A stretch of 64,000 bases of DNA from Mustelus asterias (GCF_964213995.1 NC_135806.1:93186001-93250000); one strand, 5' to 3'; positions 1 through 12,300 are shown, numbered from the stretch's first letter. The notes: a model not told the origin generated them from the sequence alone. Numbers and translations: made by a program.

Positions 1-126
1 GGGAACATTCATTTGGCCCTCCTGCCCTCACCTTATGGTTTGAAGGTCCTGTTGCCATATTTAAATGCCAGCCAAACACACATATTTACTTTCTGCAGCC
101 CAGCTGTGTTGTCTGAATTTCCTCAG

Positions 127-1880
127 ATGGCTTCAGAAAAAAGAAGCCATGAGCTCCAAGATTCAGCCAGGACTCCCCAGTGGCTCTACTCACAGATGTC
201 CACAAATGCCATGAAATCCTCTTTCCCAGAGAAAGATCCAGGATGCCCACCAACCTCACCTCTCCAGCCTGGAAAGAGGTTGGAGTGGAGATCAGTACTG
301 TTGGGAACCAAAAAAGAAACATTCTGCAGTACAGGAAAAGGATAAATGATCCAATTTGCTTCATCAGGGTAAGTCAACCTTCAGCTCACTCCAAACTCTC
401 ACTCTCGTAATGACATCAGGCGCTCCAAGGGTAATACTTCTCAGGGATATCACACACTAATGGCGGTGGAGACATTGGCACTGAATGTCTCAGGCACACA
501 TTGCCATCACCAGCATCTCTTCTTTTATCCTAAACAAATAGGCATCTTCAGCCCTTACTGGGGGTGGCTCAGCACAAACAGTAGGCATGCATGCTTCCCA
601 TTCTCTCCTCCATCGCTTCTCATCATGTTACATCCATTTGTTTCCATGTAGCCAAACTGGCCCACAACAGGAGGAAGAGGTCCCAGATTGGAAGAGGGAC
701 AGCGAACATATAGGATTGCACTTTGTTCGCAAAGGTGGCAAGCAAGTTGGCAAGGGAGGACAGGGATTGCTCCTGTGGTGAAGGCTGGATCGGCCTTACC
801 CAACAAGCCAGTATGGATGAGACCTCCATGAGTTGATCACACCCTGACATTCACACTGAGTGACATGCAATGTTGCATTCAGCCTGGTCAATAACTAAAT
901 CTTTCTTACAGGCACCAGCAGGCTCAGACATGGGTCAAGCCAGGCCATCAGCCCCAGTCCCAAGTTCATTTCTAATCAGGGCTATTTGCTTAAGACTTGT
1001 CACTGTATTCACCTGCACCCTCCACCATCTCAGAGATACACACCCAAGTAGGACATGAATGTAGTTTAAGCTCAGATAACTTTCTGGGGAACACCTCACT
1101 GACATGTCTGCACTGCATTCTGACGCAGTGACATCCCAGATCTCTGGCACTTGGAGAACTGCTGGAGGAGGACTGCTGGAGGACAGCTATCTATTCAGTC
1201 CATGTCCAATGATGAGCCTCTGGAAACGGCCATCTCTAACCTGCTGGAGGTGCAATGACAGGCAGGAACTTCAGGCACAGTTGTGAGAAGCAATCAACAG
1301 ACCAGAGCGAAGGATGAAGGAGTCTGTCCACATTCTGTCAGATGTTGTGGCTCCAACAAGCAAGCATCTCAAAGTCATCATGGGAAGGGTGGCAGTCACA
1401 TTGGAGATGCTGGTCCAACAGGTTCTGCCAAATGTGCACTCGGACCTGCACTCCATCACTCTCGGCATGGGTGGGATCTTTCAGTGTGCAGGCAAGAGAG
1501 GATGGGGCACCTCAAAATTCCTCCAGGTGCCCCTTGTCCTCAAGGAGTCAGTCAGTGTCTTTCGACCACCCAAATGAAGGAGGACCATCAGCTGAACAAC
1601 CTGGGACCATCTGCCCAGGAGACTCCGAGTGTCGTGCCGCTCCCAATCCCCACTGCCTGTAACCCCATCAGCTCTGACTACACAGGCCTAGGAGGGTGCA
1701 CCTGTCCTGCTATCAGAGACACAAAGCAGGCCAAGCCCGCTCAGGCCTCATTCCTTCAGAGGACACCGCCAGGTTAATCTCAGACAACAGAGCATAGCAG
1801 TCAGCAACCTGCCTCCACCTCTACTGCGGATGTCAGGAATGCACCTAGACGCAGCAGCAGGGTAAGAAAAAAAAAGAAAT
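127..1880 (+). pseudogene. Harbinger/PIF transposon Myb/SANT-like DNA-binding protein gene, degenerate
   Basis: Translation APRFSQDSPVALLTDVHKCHEILFP...SPAWKEVGVEISTVGNQKRNILQYRKRIND fits the Myb/SANT-like domain of Harbinger ORF2. Donor GTAAGT at 369 and acceptor AG at 650-651 are followed by KLAHNRRKRSQIGRG. A basic tail RRSSRVRKKK lies near 1850-1880. Stops and frameshifts are present. Confidence 0.7.
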
Positions 1881-2517
1881 ACTAAAAACGCAATGGTGGC
1901 AAGGTGCTGACTCACCGTATATATCAGCCGCCTTTATATGTACATTTTGAGTTCATGATAATAGTCTCATCATCTGAATGCCTTTTGTATATGAACTCTG
2001 TGCCCTGTTATTTGCGTGGGTGACCCAAGCTCCCACTCTGTGATTGCCTCCCTTTGTGAACCTCAGTTTCATGAGGAAAACTCATTCTCCCCTTCCAATT
2101 GTGAGGGAGATGCCATATCCTGAAAGTGACTGCACATTACGACTTGATCCTTAAAGCCTTGCAGCTCACCATAGAATTGTGTGTTCTCACGTGTAATGTA
2201 ATGCTGCTTCATCAACTCTGGGTTGTGTGCATCGTGACCATGAAAACATATCAACTGGAGACACTATGGTTGCTACAACCACATGCAAATCTCTCTGACG
2301 GCTGAAAGCATCTCCTTTAGGTGGCAATGACTGACAATGTGCAGTTGATGCAGGAGGTGCACTGCTGTGCTGCCTTTCACCTCCCAGACAAACTATATAC
2401 CGCTTTGGGTGTTGACCTTCCCCAAGATGAGAGCTTCATGATCCTTGAGGGTCACTGGTCCAAGGCCAATGTCACTACTTGTAAAGCCCTTTCCAATCAC
2501 ATGCATGATCCTAAGGG

Positions 2518-2748
2518 CACAGTAAGAAGTCTCACAACAGCAGGTTAAAGTCCAACAGGTTTATTTGGAATCACGAGCTTTCAGAGCACTGCTCCTTCCT
2601 CAGGTGAGTGGGTGTGCCCACCCCATCTCTACATCATGGCTACCACCGACACCGCAAACCACCGGCTCAAAGTGGAGAGGATCTCCAAGCATATCGACAT
2701 AGACATCTGTGCCCACCCCAGTCCAACGTCAACATCTCCACATCATGG
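2518..2748. mobile_element. Short rearranged Penelope-like insertion (inverted pLTR tail plus ORF start) inside the Harbinger remnant
   Basis: 2518-2611 is the reverse complement of the pLTR tail seen at 7905-8000. 2612-2748 is plus-strand tail and ORF start (MATTDTAN...). It is flanked by the direct repeat TCCTAAGGG at 2509-2517 and 2749-2757. Confidence 0.8.
2571..2610 (-). ncRNA. Minimal hammerhead ribozyme motif (Penelope pLTR)
   Basis: Minus strand reads CACTCAC-CTGAGGA-A-GGAGC-AGT-GCTCT-GAAA-GCTC-GTGA: CUGANGA/GAAA core, helix II, palindromic AGCT and helix I TCAC/GTGA. Confidence 0.7.
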
Positions 2749-2887
2749 TCCTAAGGGAGAGGAGAAATGTGCTTGGCTCCCCTTGCCCAGACCTTACTCC
2801 TGCTGGAACTCTGTGGCTATCAGTGTGTTGTGGGCATTTTATCCGCATTGTGCCACTGCAATGGTATCCTCACAAGGAAGTTGCCCA

Positions 2888-3190
2888 TCACACCCTCTTC
2901 AGGTTCTCTTCCAGGTCCTCTTCACCTGAGGAAATCTCTGCCTCCTCCATGGCTCTCTGTGGCAAGAGCACGCGGTTGTCCACCAGGTTGTGCAGGATGT
3001 AACAGATCACGATGATCCCTCTCTGGACAGTACTGCAGAGCTCCACCTGAATAGTCCAAGCATCAGAAGTTAATTGCATCTTCGTGATGCCAGTGGTTTG
3101 CTCAAAGGTGGAACTTGTCACTGAATGCTCTGTGTTGTATATCTCCTCTGAGGCACTTTGAGAACAAGGCTTGCATGTCATGAGTCGTCA
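2888..3190 (-). pseudogene. Harbinger (HARBI1-like) transposase, C-terminal remnant
   Basis: Reads EEIYNTEHSVTSSTFEQTTGITKM..., frameshifted CLDYSGGALQY, then IIVICYILHN and an acidic tail. It is convergent with the Myb-like ORF, as in autonomous Harbinger elements. Confidence 0.75.
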
Positions 3191-3198
3191 TCTCAGTG

Positions 3199-3830
3199 AA
3201 ATAAAAGCAAAATACTGCAAATATTGGAAATCAAAACATAAAATACTAGATAAACTCTGCAGGTCTAGCAACGCGAGTGGAGAGAAACAGAGTTAACGTT
3301 TCAGGTCTAAATGACCCTTCTACAGGACTGAAGAAAGGTATAAATGTAAAGAATTATATTGTTGGAAAGGGGGTGAGAAGGTGGGGCAGAATAAAAGACC
3401 AGGGATGGTCAGGGAAAAGGAGAGATTCACAAATTTATCATGGACATGAAACAAAGGGGAATATTAACGGTGCCATTCGGGGATGAAGTGTGCTAAAGGT
3501 GGCAAAAGATGAGATAGCAGAATGTGTTAATGGAAGCAACTGAACAGCAAGTGGGGAAGGGTGGGGTTGTGTTGGGGCAATCCAGGGAGCTGAAAAATAA
3601 TGAACAGCAAACTACAAAGTGGGGGTGGGGGGGTGGGGGGGTGGGGGGGGGGGGGGGGGCAGGGGGCGCTAGTTTTGATGGAAGGGGAGTTTATTGTCTA
3701 AAGCTGTTGAACTCAATGTTGAGTCCAGAAGGCTGTAATGGGCCGAATCAGAAGATGAGGGGTTATTATTCCAGTTTGTTTTGGGCATTGCTGAAGCATT
3801 GCAGCAGGCCTGGGGCAGACATGTGGGCAT
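3199..3830 (-). mobile_element. Penelope-like element, second family, old 3' remnant
   Basis: Degenerate GIY-YIG C-terminus (...PLQPSGLNIEFNSFR) at about 3690-3830. The pLTR tail carries a degenerate hammerhead (CTGTAGAAGGGTC...GACCTGAAACGTT) at about 3290-3330. Confidence 0.6.
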
Positions 3831-4652
3831 CTAAACTCCCCCCCCCCCCCCGCCCCCCCACCCCCTCCAGCTTTCTCTTGCTCACTCTTTAATGACAGTT
3901 TTTTAAAAATTCATGTACTGGATATGGGCGTCGCTGGATAGGACAACATTTATTGACCATCCCCATTTGACCTTCAGAAGGTGGTGATGAGCTGCCTTCT
4001 TGAACCGCTGCAGTTTCTGCAGCTAAAGTACATCCATAGTGGTGTTAGGGAGGGAATTCCAGGATTTCACCCAGCAACAGTGAAGGAACGGCAATATATT
4101 TCCAAGTCAGGATGGTGAGTGACTTGGAGGGGAATCGCCAGATAGTGATGTTCCCATTGTCTGCAGCTCTTGTCCTTCTAGAGTAGTAGTCATCGGTTTA
4201 AACGGTGCTGCCTAAAGAACCGTGGTGAGTTCCTGCAGTGCATCTTGTGGATGGTACACACAGCTGCCACTGTGCATCAGTGTGGAGAGATTGAATGTTC
4301 GTGGAAGGAGTAGCAGTGAAGTGAGCTGCTTTGTCCTGGATGGTGTCGATTTTGTTGATTGCTAGAGTCATAGAGGTTTACAGCATGGAAACAGGCCCTT
4401 TGGCCCAACTTGTCCATGCCTCCCTTTTTTTTAAACCCGAAGCTAGTCCCAATTGCCCGCATTTGGCCCATATCCCTCTATACCCATCTTACTTATGTAA
4501 CTGTCTATAGAGTGTTGTTGGAGCTGCACTCATTCCAGGTAGGTGGAGAGTATTTCATTACACTCCTCACTTGTGGTTGGTTGTCAGGCTTTGGGGAGTC
4601 AGGAAGTTGCTGCAGGTTTCCTGGCATTTGGTCTGCTCTGGTGGCCACAGTA

Positions 4653-5590
4653 TTTTGATTTGATTTATTATTATCACATGTATTAGTATACAGTGAAAGT
4701 ATTGCTTCTTGTACCCTATACAGACAAAGCATACTGTATGTAGAGAAGGAAAGGAGAGGCTACAGGATGTAGTGTTACAGTCATAGCTAGGGTGTAGAGA
4801 AAGATCAACTTAATATGAGGTAGACCCATTCAAAAGTCTGATGGCAGCAGGGAAGAAGCTGTTCTTGAGTTTTGACAAAGGGTCATCTGGACTTGAAACG
4901 TCAGCTCTTTTCTCTCCTTACAGATGCTGCCAGACCTGCTGAGATTTTCCAGCATCTTCTCTTTTGGTTTCAGGTTCCAGCATCCGCAGTAATTTGCTTT
5001 TATCCACTGTTCTTGAGTTGGTTGGTGCATGACCTCAGACGTTTGTATCTTTTTCCTGATGGAAGAAGCTGGAAGAGAGTATGTCTGGGTGCATGGGGTT
5101 CCTTGATTATGCTGGCTGCTTTTCCGAGGCAGCAGAAAGTGTCAACAGAGTCAATGGATGATGGTAGGCTGGTTTGCGTGATGGACTGGGCTTCGTTCAT
5201 GACTCTTTGTAATTTCTTGCAGTCTTGGACAGAGCAGGAGCTGTGATACAACCAGAAAGAATGCATTATATGGTGCATCTGTAAAGGTTGGTGAGAGCCA
5301 TAATGGACATGCCAAATTTCCTTAGCCTCCTGAGAAAGTAGAGGCCTTGGTGGGCTTTCTTAACTATAGCGTCAGCATGGAGGGACCAGGATAGGTTGTT
5401 GGTGATCCGGACACCTAGAAACTTGAAGCTCTCGACCATTTACACTTCGTCCCCGTTGATGTAGACAGGGCATTCCTGAAGTCGATAACTATCTCCTTCA
5501 TTTTGTTGACATTGAGGGAGAGATTATTGTTGTCGCACCAGGTCACCAGATTTTCTCTCTCTTTCCTGTACTCTGTCTCATCATTTATAT
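4653..5590 (-). mobile_element. Rex1/Babar LINE 3' fragment
   Basis: Reads LVTWCDNNNLSLNVNKMKEIVIDFR and KLQRV...HTLFQLLPSGKRYKRLRSCTNQLKNS. An (AATCA)n-type tail lies at 4653-4670. Confidence 0.8.
4872..5006 (+). mobile_element. Solo Penelope pLTR tail (second family) with degenerate hammerhead
   Basis: TTGACAA-A-GGGTC..GACTT-GAAA-CGTC followed by the tail. A 13-bp target duplication CTGTTCTTGAGTT lies at 4859-4871 and 5007-5019. Confidence 0.75.
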
Positions 5591-6207
5591 GGCTAATCCA
5601 GTTCACTTTCTGGTCAATGGTAACCCTCAGGATGCTGATAATGGGGGGATTCAGCGATGATAATGCAATTGAATGTCAAGGGGCAATGGTTGGATCCTCT
5701 TGTGGAAGTAGCCATTGCCTGGCATTTGTGTGGCATGAATGTTACTTGCCACTTTCCAGCTCAGGCCTGGATATTGTCCAGGTCTTGCTGCATGTGGACA
5801 TCCTTGCAAAGGACTGCTTTGCGTGAATTATTAATGGAATATGGAAATAGAATTCTCCTATTCTGATGGGGTAAATGTATTAGAGGTCAAAAACTAATCA
5901 ACATTTTCTTAAAGGTGAGTAGGACCTGCATACTCCAGCATTTTGCATTTGGTGATCGATTACCTTTGAGTAGAATTCTTTTGGGAACTTTGAAAGGCCC
6001 TACCCTCATCAATCATCTTCGTCACTCCCTTGAAAAACCCGATCAAGTTAGTGAGACATGACCTCCCCTTCACAAAACCATGTTGCTTCTCGCTAATACG
6101 ACAACTTATTTCCAAGTGGAAGTAAATCCTGTCTTGAAGAATCCTCTCCAATAATTTCCCTACCACTGATGTAAGGCTCACCGACCTATAATTACCTAGA
6201 TTATTCT

Positions 6208-8032
6208 GTGTGAGAACCCCTCTGGCTACGTCGAGGGCATCCTGAAACGCATCGTACAAAGAACCCCCAGCTTTTGTTACGACACAACTGACTTCTTACA
6301 GAAACTCAGCACCCATGGAGCAGTTGAACCAGGAACACTCCTCGTTACAATGGATGTCTCGGCACTCTACACCAGCATCCCCCACAATGACGGCATTGCT
6401 GCAACTGCCTCAGTACTCAACGCTGACAACTGCCAATCTCCAGACGCAATTCTACAATTCATTCGCTTCATCCTGGACCACAATGTCTTCACCTTCAACA
6501 ACCAGTTTTTCATTCAAACACATGGAACAGCCATGGGGACCAAATTCACACCTCAATATGCCAACATCTTCGTGCACAGGTTCGAACGAGACTTCTTCAC
6601 CGCACAGGACCTTCAACCGATGCTATACACTCGATACATTGATGACTCACGGCGAACAATCACTGAAACAACTACATGATGACATCAACAAGTTCCATCC
6701 CACCATCAGACTCACCATGGACTACTCTCCAGAATCGGTTGCATTCTTGGACATATGCATCTCCATTAAGGACGGTCACCTCAGCAGTTCACTGTACCGC
6801 AAGCCCACAGATAACCTCACGATGCTCCACTTCTCCAGCTTCCACCCATAACACGTTAAAGAAGCCATCCCCTACGGACAAACCCTCAGTATACACAGGA
6901 TCTGCTCAGAAGAGGAGGATTGCAACAGACACCTACAGATGCTAAAAGACGCTCTCATAAGAACAGGATATGGCGCTCGACTCATCGATCGACAGTTCCG
7001 ACGTGCCACAGTGAAAAACTGCACAGACCTCCTCAGAAGACAAACACGGGACACGGCAGACAGAGTACATTTCATCGTCCAGTACTTCCCCGGAGCGGAG
7101 AATCTGCAACATCTCTAGAGCCTTCAACATGTCATCGATGAAGATGAACATCTTGCCAAGGCCATCCCCACACCCCCACTACTTGCCTTCAAACAACCGC
7201 ACAACCTCAAACAGACCATTGTATGTTGCAAACTACCCAGCCTTCAGGAGAACACTGACCACGACACCACACAACCCTGCCACAGCAGTCTCTGCAAGAT
7301 GTGCCGGATCATTGACATGGATGCCATCATCTCACGTGAGAACACCATCCATCAGGTACACAGTACATACTCTTGCAACTCGGCCAACGTTGTCCTTCTG
7401 ATACGCTGCAGGAAAGGATGTCCCGAGGCATGGTACATTGGGGAGACCATGCAGACACTATGACAACGAATGAATGGACACCGCTCGACCATCACCAGGC
7501 AGGAGTGTTCCCTTCCTGTTGGGGAACACTTCAGCAGTCGAGGGCATTCAGCTTCTGATCTTCGGGTAAGCGTTCTCCAAGGCGGCCTTCACGACACATG
7601 ACAATGCAGAATCGCTGAGCAGAAACTGATAGCCAAGTTCCGCACACATGAGGACAGCCTCAACTGGGATCTTGGGTTCATGTCACACTATCTATAATCC
7701 CCCACGACTTGCCTGGGCTTGGAAAATCTCACTAAGCGTCCTGGCTGGAGGCAATTCAAACCTCTTTAACCTGTGCTTAACCCTCTCTCCACTCACATTG
7801 TCTGCACCTGTAAAGACTTGATTACCTGTTAAGACTCGCATTCCAACCATTATCTTGTAATTGAGTTTGAGTCTATATATGCCCTGTTTGTGGACTGAAC
7901 TCTTCACTCACCTGATGAAGGGGCAATGCTCTGAAAGCTCGTGCTACCAAATAAACCTGTTGGGCTTTAACCTGGTGTTGTGAGACTACTTACTTTGCTT
8001 ACCCCAGTCCAATGCCAGCAACTCCAATCATG
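6208..8032 (+). mobile_element. Penelope-like retroelement, 5'-truncated (RT, GIY-YIG endonuclease, pLTR)
   Basis: RT motifs MDVSALYTSIP, QTHGTAMG, YTRYIDD and LYRKPTD. GIY-YIG region SCNSANVV..IRCRKGCPEAWYIGET. Frameshifts and stops are present. A 9-bp target duplication GATTATTCT lies at 6199-6207 and 8033-8041. Confidence 0.92.
7905..7943 (+). ncRNA. Minimal hammerhead ribozyme motif (Penelope pLTR)
   Basis: CACTCAC-CTGATGA-A-GGGGC-AAT-GCTCT-GAAA-GCTC-GTG, with an intact core. Confidence 0.75.
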
Positions 8033-8589
8033 GATTATTCTTGCTACCCTTCTTAAACAAAGGAACAACATTGGCTGTTCTCCAATCCTCTGGGATCTCC
8101 CCTGTAGTCAGTGAGGATACAAAGATTTCTCTCAAGGCCCCAGCAGTTTCCTCCCTTGCCTCTCTCAGTATTTTGGGGTATATCCCAAAAGGCCCATTAA
8201 GGTAGACAAGGCCCTGGGGACTTGTCTACCTTAATGTTTCTCAAGAACCCCAATACCTCCTCCTTTTTGATCTCAACATGACTCAAACTATCTACACACC
8301 CTTTCCCAGATTCATCATCCATCAAGTCCTTCTTTTTGGTGATGACTGACGCAAGGTATTCATTTAATACTTCGTCCATTTCCTCTGGCTCCATGCATAG
8401 ATACCCTCCCCTGTCCTTGAGTGGGCCAATCCTTTCCCTGGCTACCCTCTTGCTCTTTATATATGTATTAAAAGCCTTGCGATTTTCCTTAATCCTGCTG
8501 GCCAATGATTTTTCATGACCCCTTTTAGCCCTCCAACTCCTTGCTTAAGTATGGCAAGTTTTGGGAACCTTGGATAATGAGAGATAATG

Positions 8590-8925
8590 ATACAACTAGA
8601 AAGAATGCTTTCCATGGTGCATCTGTAAAGGTTGGTGAGAGTCGTAGCTGACATGCCAAATTTCCTTCGTCTTCTGAGAAAATAGAGGCATTGATGGGTT
8701 TTCTTAACTATAGTGTCGGCATGGGGGGACCAGGACAGGTTGTTGTTGATCTGGACACCTAGAAACCTGAAGCTCTCGACCATTTCCACTTCATCCCCAT
8801 TGGTGTAGACGGGGGCATGTCCTCCATTACGCTTCCTGAAGTCGATGACTATCTCTTTTGTTTTGTTGACATTGAGGGAGAGATTATTGTCGTCGCACCA
8901 GTTCACCAGATTCTCTATCTCTTTC
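8590..8925 (-). mobile_element. Rex1/Babar LINE RT fragment
   Basis: Reads ENLVNWCDDNNLSLNVNKTKEIVIDFRK...VESFRFLGVQINNNLSWS...LYFLRR. Confidence 0.8.
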
Positions 8926-9711
8926 TGCTTATAATTACACAAATAAAAATATAGTAAGGTCAGTGTGGAGGCAGTGAAATGGTAATTTTGTCTTTGTTAA
9001 GTAGAAGTTAAAGTAGTTATACTTTGTTGTATCTTGGCACATGCCATTTAATGCAGAAATCCCAAATGTGTAATAGGACATATGTACTGATAATTTAAAG
9101 GCTGATGTTGGGTTGGTTTTAGGAAGGATGTAAGTAACTCCTACAAGTATTGGAATATTCTATTTCTTTAGTGTCATGAACATTCTCCCAGCACTGGAGT
9201 TGCTCTCTCAATGCAGAGGACGCTGGGCCTCCAGTACAGACTGTTAATTTACTGTTACCAGGTTACAAGGACTCACCTGTCACTTCCCTTGTATCCCAGC
9301 AGACAACAGCTTTATTTATTTTCCTACTGATGACAGAATTCCCATACATAGGGAAGCATTGCTCCACAGAGTTGTATTATCTTCCATGTTATACAAATGT
9401 TCCTTTCTCCATACAGGTTATAACTCACTCATCACTGTAACAGTTGAATTATTTCTTCAGTTGACTTATGAAGAAAATATTCTTACATCGCTCTCATAGG
9501 TTATTCTCCACAGTCACAATAATTCATATTATTTCATTTCAAAGCCAACATTTTCCAGGTGGTCCTTACTGTGGTAATCTGAATTGGTCATTTTAAAAAA
9601 CAATAAAATTGAACATCCGCAGGGCCTCTCTGTCTTGCCATTGACCACACACTTCATTTCAACTCAGGATCTGATCAATGTTTCACTTTAAATTCTCCCC
9701 TTCCAAAACAG

Positions 9712-10980
9712 AACCTCCCCTTCCCAACTCTGCTCACCCCCCTTCCAACTCCGCTCACCTCCCTTCCCAACTCCGCTCACCCTCCTTCCCAACTCCGCTC
9801 ACCCCCCTTCCCAACTCCGCTCACCCCCCTTCCCAACTCCACTCACCCTCCTTCCCAATCTGCTTACTCCCTTCCCAGCACAGCTCACTCTCTTCCCAAC
9901 GCAGCTCACCCTCTTCCCAACGCGGCCCACCCCATTCCCAGCTCTGCTCGCCCCCCTTCCCAACACAGCTCACCCCCTTCCCAACTCTGCTCAGTCCCCT
10001 CCCAACACAGCTCACCCCCCTTCCTAACTCTGCTCACCCCTCTTCCCAACTCTGCTCACCCCTCTTCCCAACTCTGCTCACCCCTCTTCCCAACTCTGCT
10101 CACCCCCTTCCCAACTCTGCTCACCCCCTTCCCAACTCTGCTCACCCCCTTCCCAACTCTGCTCACCCCCTTCCCAACTCTGCTCACCCCCTTCCCAACT
10201 CTGCTCACCCCCTTCCCAACTCTGCTCACCCCCTTCCCAACTCTGCTCACCCCCTTCCCAACTCTGCTCACCCCCTTCCCAACTCTGCTCACCCCCTTCC
10301 CAACTCTGCTCACCCCCTTCCCAACTCTGCTCACCCCCTTCCCAACTCTGCTCACCCCCTTCCCAACTCTGCTCACCCCCTTCCCAACTCTGCTCACCCC
10401 CTTCCCAACTCTGCTCACCCCCTTCCCAACTCTGCTCACCCCCTTCCCAACTCTGCTCACCCCCTTCCCAACTCTGCTCACCCCCTTCCCAACTCTGCTC
10501 ACCCCCTTTCCAACTCTGCTCACCCCCTTTCCAACTCTGCTCACCCCCTTCCCAACTCTGCTCACCCCTTCCCAACTCTGCTCACCCCTTCCCAACTCTG
10601 CTCACCTTCCCAACACAGCTCACCCCCCTTCCCAACTCTGTTCCACCCCCTTCCCAACTCTGTTCAACCCCCTTCCCAACTCTGTTCAACCCCCTTCCCA
10701 ACTCTGTTCACCCACCTTCCCAACTCTGTTCACCCACCTTCCCAACTCTGTTCACTCCCCTTCCCAACTCTGTTCACCCCCCTTCCCAACTCTGTTCACC
10801 CTCCTTCCCAACTCTGTTCACCCACCTTCCCAACTCTGTTCACTCCCCTTCCCAACTCTGTTCACCCCCCTTCCCAACTCTGTTCACCCCCCTTCCCAAC
10901 TCTGTTCACTCTCCTTCCCAACTCTGTTCACCCCCCCTTCCCAACAAAGTTCACTCCCTTCCCAACATAGCTCACCCCAC
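9712..10980. repeat. 21-bp minisatellite, about 60 units
   Basis: Unit CCCCCTTCCCAACTCTGCTCA. It is near-perfect at about 10090-10560, becomes a TGTTCA variant after about 10630, and has degenerate edges. Confidence 0.97.
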
Positions 10981-11784
10981 TTATCAGAGCTGTAGTGAAT
11001 TGTGAAGGTCTTTTGTCTAAATTCTGTACACACATACCTCACTGTGTTTTTACATATTTATTAACTTCCTGGACATGGGAAGAGTGGGAGACCATTCCTA
11101 ATCTGTGAAACACTGGTGGTGAGATGCTGGTTGTGACATTGGATGGACTGAAGGTGGGTGGAATGTCTCTTACATGGGATTCTCTGGCAGTATTGGAGAA
11201 AGAGAATGCAGATTGCTGGTTGCAAAAGGACTGTGAAGGAGATCTTGATGTTGGGAAGAGTGTGAGCAGTGTGCAAGGTGCTAGAGATGAAAGAGTGACA
11301 TATCAACAGTAGGAACTGTGGATGTTAAGGACAGGTGGACTGAAACAGCAAGAAGCTGGCGGAGGAGGAAGTAACAATCGGCTAAGAAGAGTTAATTCCT
11401 TTCACATACTAAGTGTAGAAAAGGGTCCCCCAGCAGTAATCGGAGGGATCCTGAATATTTAAAGTACAGCTGAGCTTTGAAACCTTTAATTAGAATTCTG
11501 CTCCCTGTTGTTGCTATAGCCATTACTACATCATGCCTGGACAACAAGACCATCATTTAACTCTATAAGACCTCCTGCCATTTGGATAAATTTACTGTAT
11601 ACCTGCCAAGTTCAATATATCTTTTCAGAGGTTCATTGATTGCTGTATCCAGGTGAGGTCTGAATTTACAAGTTAATCAAAACACAAAGAGTGATGGAAG
11701 ATTTTCAATAGATAATTGTCCCTGGATGAAGAGGGGGAGAGCTGAAAGAGAAAATTAAAGGATGATCACATTGCAATGCCAATA

Positions 11785-12300
11785 ATCATAGAATCATACA
11801 GTGCAGAAGAGGCCCTTTGGCCCATCAGATTGCACCAACATGCGAGAAACACTTGAACTCCCACCTAATCCCATTTACTAGCACTTCGCCCATAGCCTTG
11901 AATGTTATGATGTGCCAAGTGTTCATCCAGGTACTTCTTAAAGGATGTGAGGCAACCCACCTCCACCACCCTCCCACACAGCACATTCCAGACCATCACC
12001 ACCCTCTGGGTAAAAAGGTTTTTCCTCACATCCCCCTAAACCTTCTGCCCCTCACTTGAACCTATGTCCCCTCATGACTGACCCTTCAACTAAGCTGCTC
12101 CTTATCCACTCTTTCCATGTCCTTCATAATCTTGTGCACCTCGATCAGGTCGCCCCTCAGTCTTCTCTGCTCCAACGAAAACAACCCAAGCCTACCCAAC
12201 TTCTCTTCATAACTTAAATGCTCCATCTCAGGTAACATCCTGGTGAATCTCCTCTGCAACCCCTCCAGTGCAATCACATCTGTCCTAGAATGTGGCCTCA
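11785..12300 (-). mobile_element. CR1 LINE 3' fragment
   Basis: Reads LQRRFTRMLP...SYEEKLGRLGLFSLEQRRLRGDLIEV, with an (ATTCTATG)-type tail at about 11785-11800. Confidence 0.85.

Larger units (their letters stand above)
3905..5800 (-). mobile_element. CR1/L2-superfamily LINE 3' remnant, split by nested insertions
   Basis: RT C-terminal-like QVRSVMKYSP motif at about 4540-4580. The same family recurs at 41070-41272 and 49838-50940. It is interrupted by a CR1 tail (about 4364-4505) and a Rex1 fragment (4653-5590). Confidence 0.55.
5990..8550 (-). mobile_element. CR1 LINE ORF2 fragment, split by a Penelope insertion
   Basis: GNYRSVSLTSVVGKLLE...QHGFVKGRSCLTNL at 5990-6207 and IKENRKAFNTYIKSKR...DKSPGP at 8033-8550. 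Confidence 0.85.

Noticed and set aside
9678-10970. 430-aa ORF (PNSAHPL repeats) and antisense ORFs
   Set aside because: These are translations of a stop-free 21-bp minisatellite, with no other evidence of coding.
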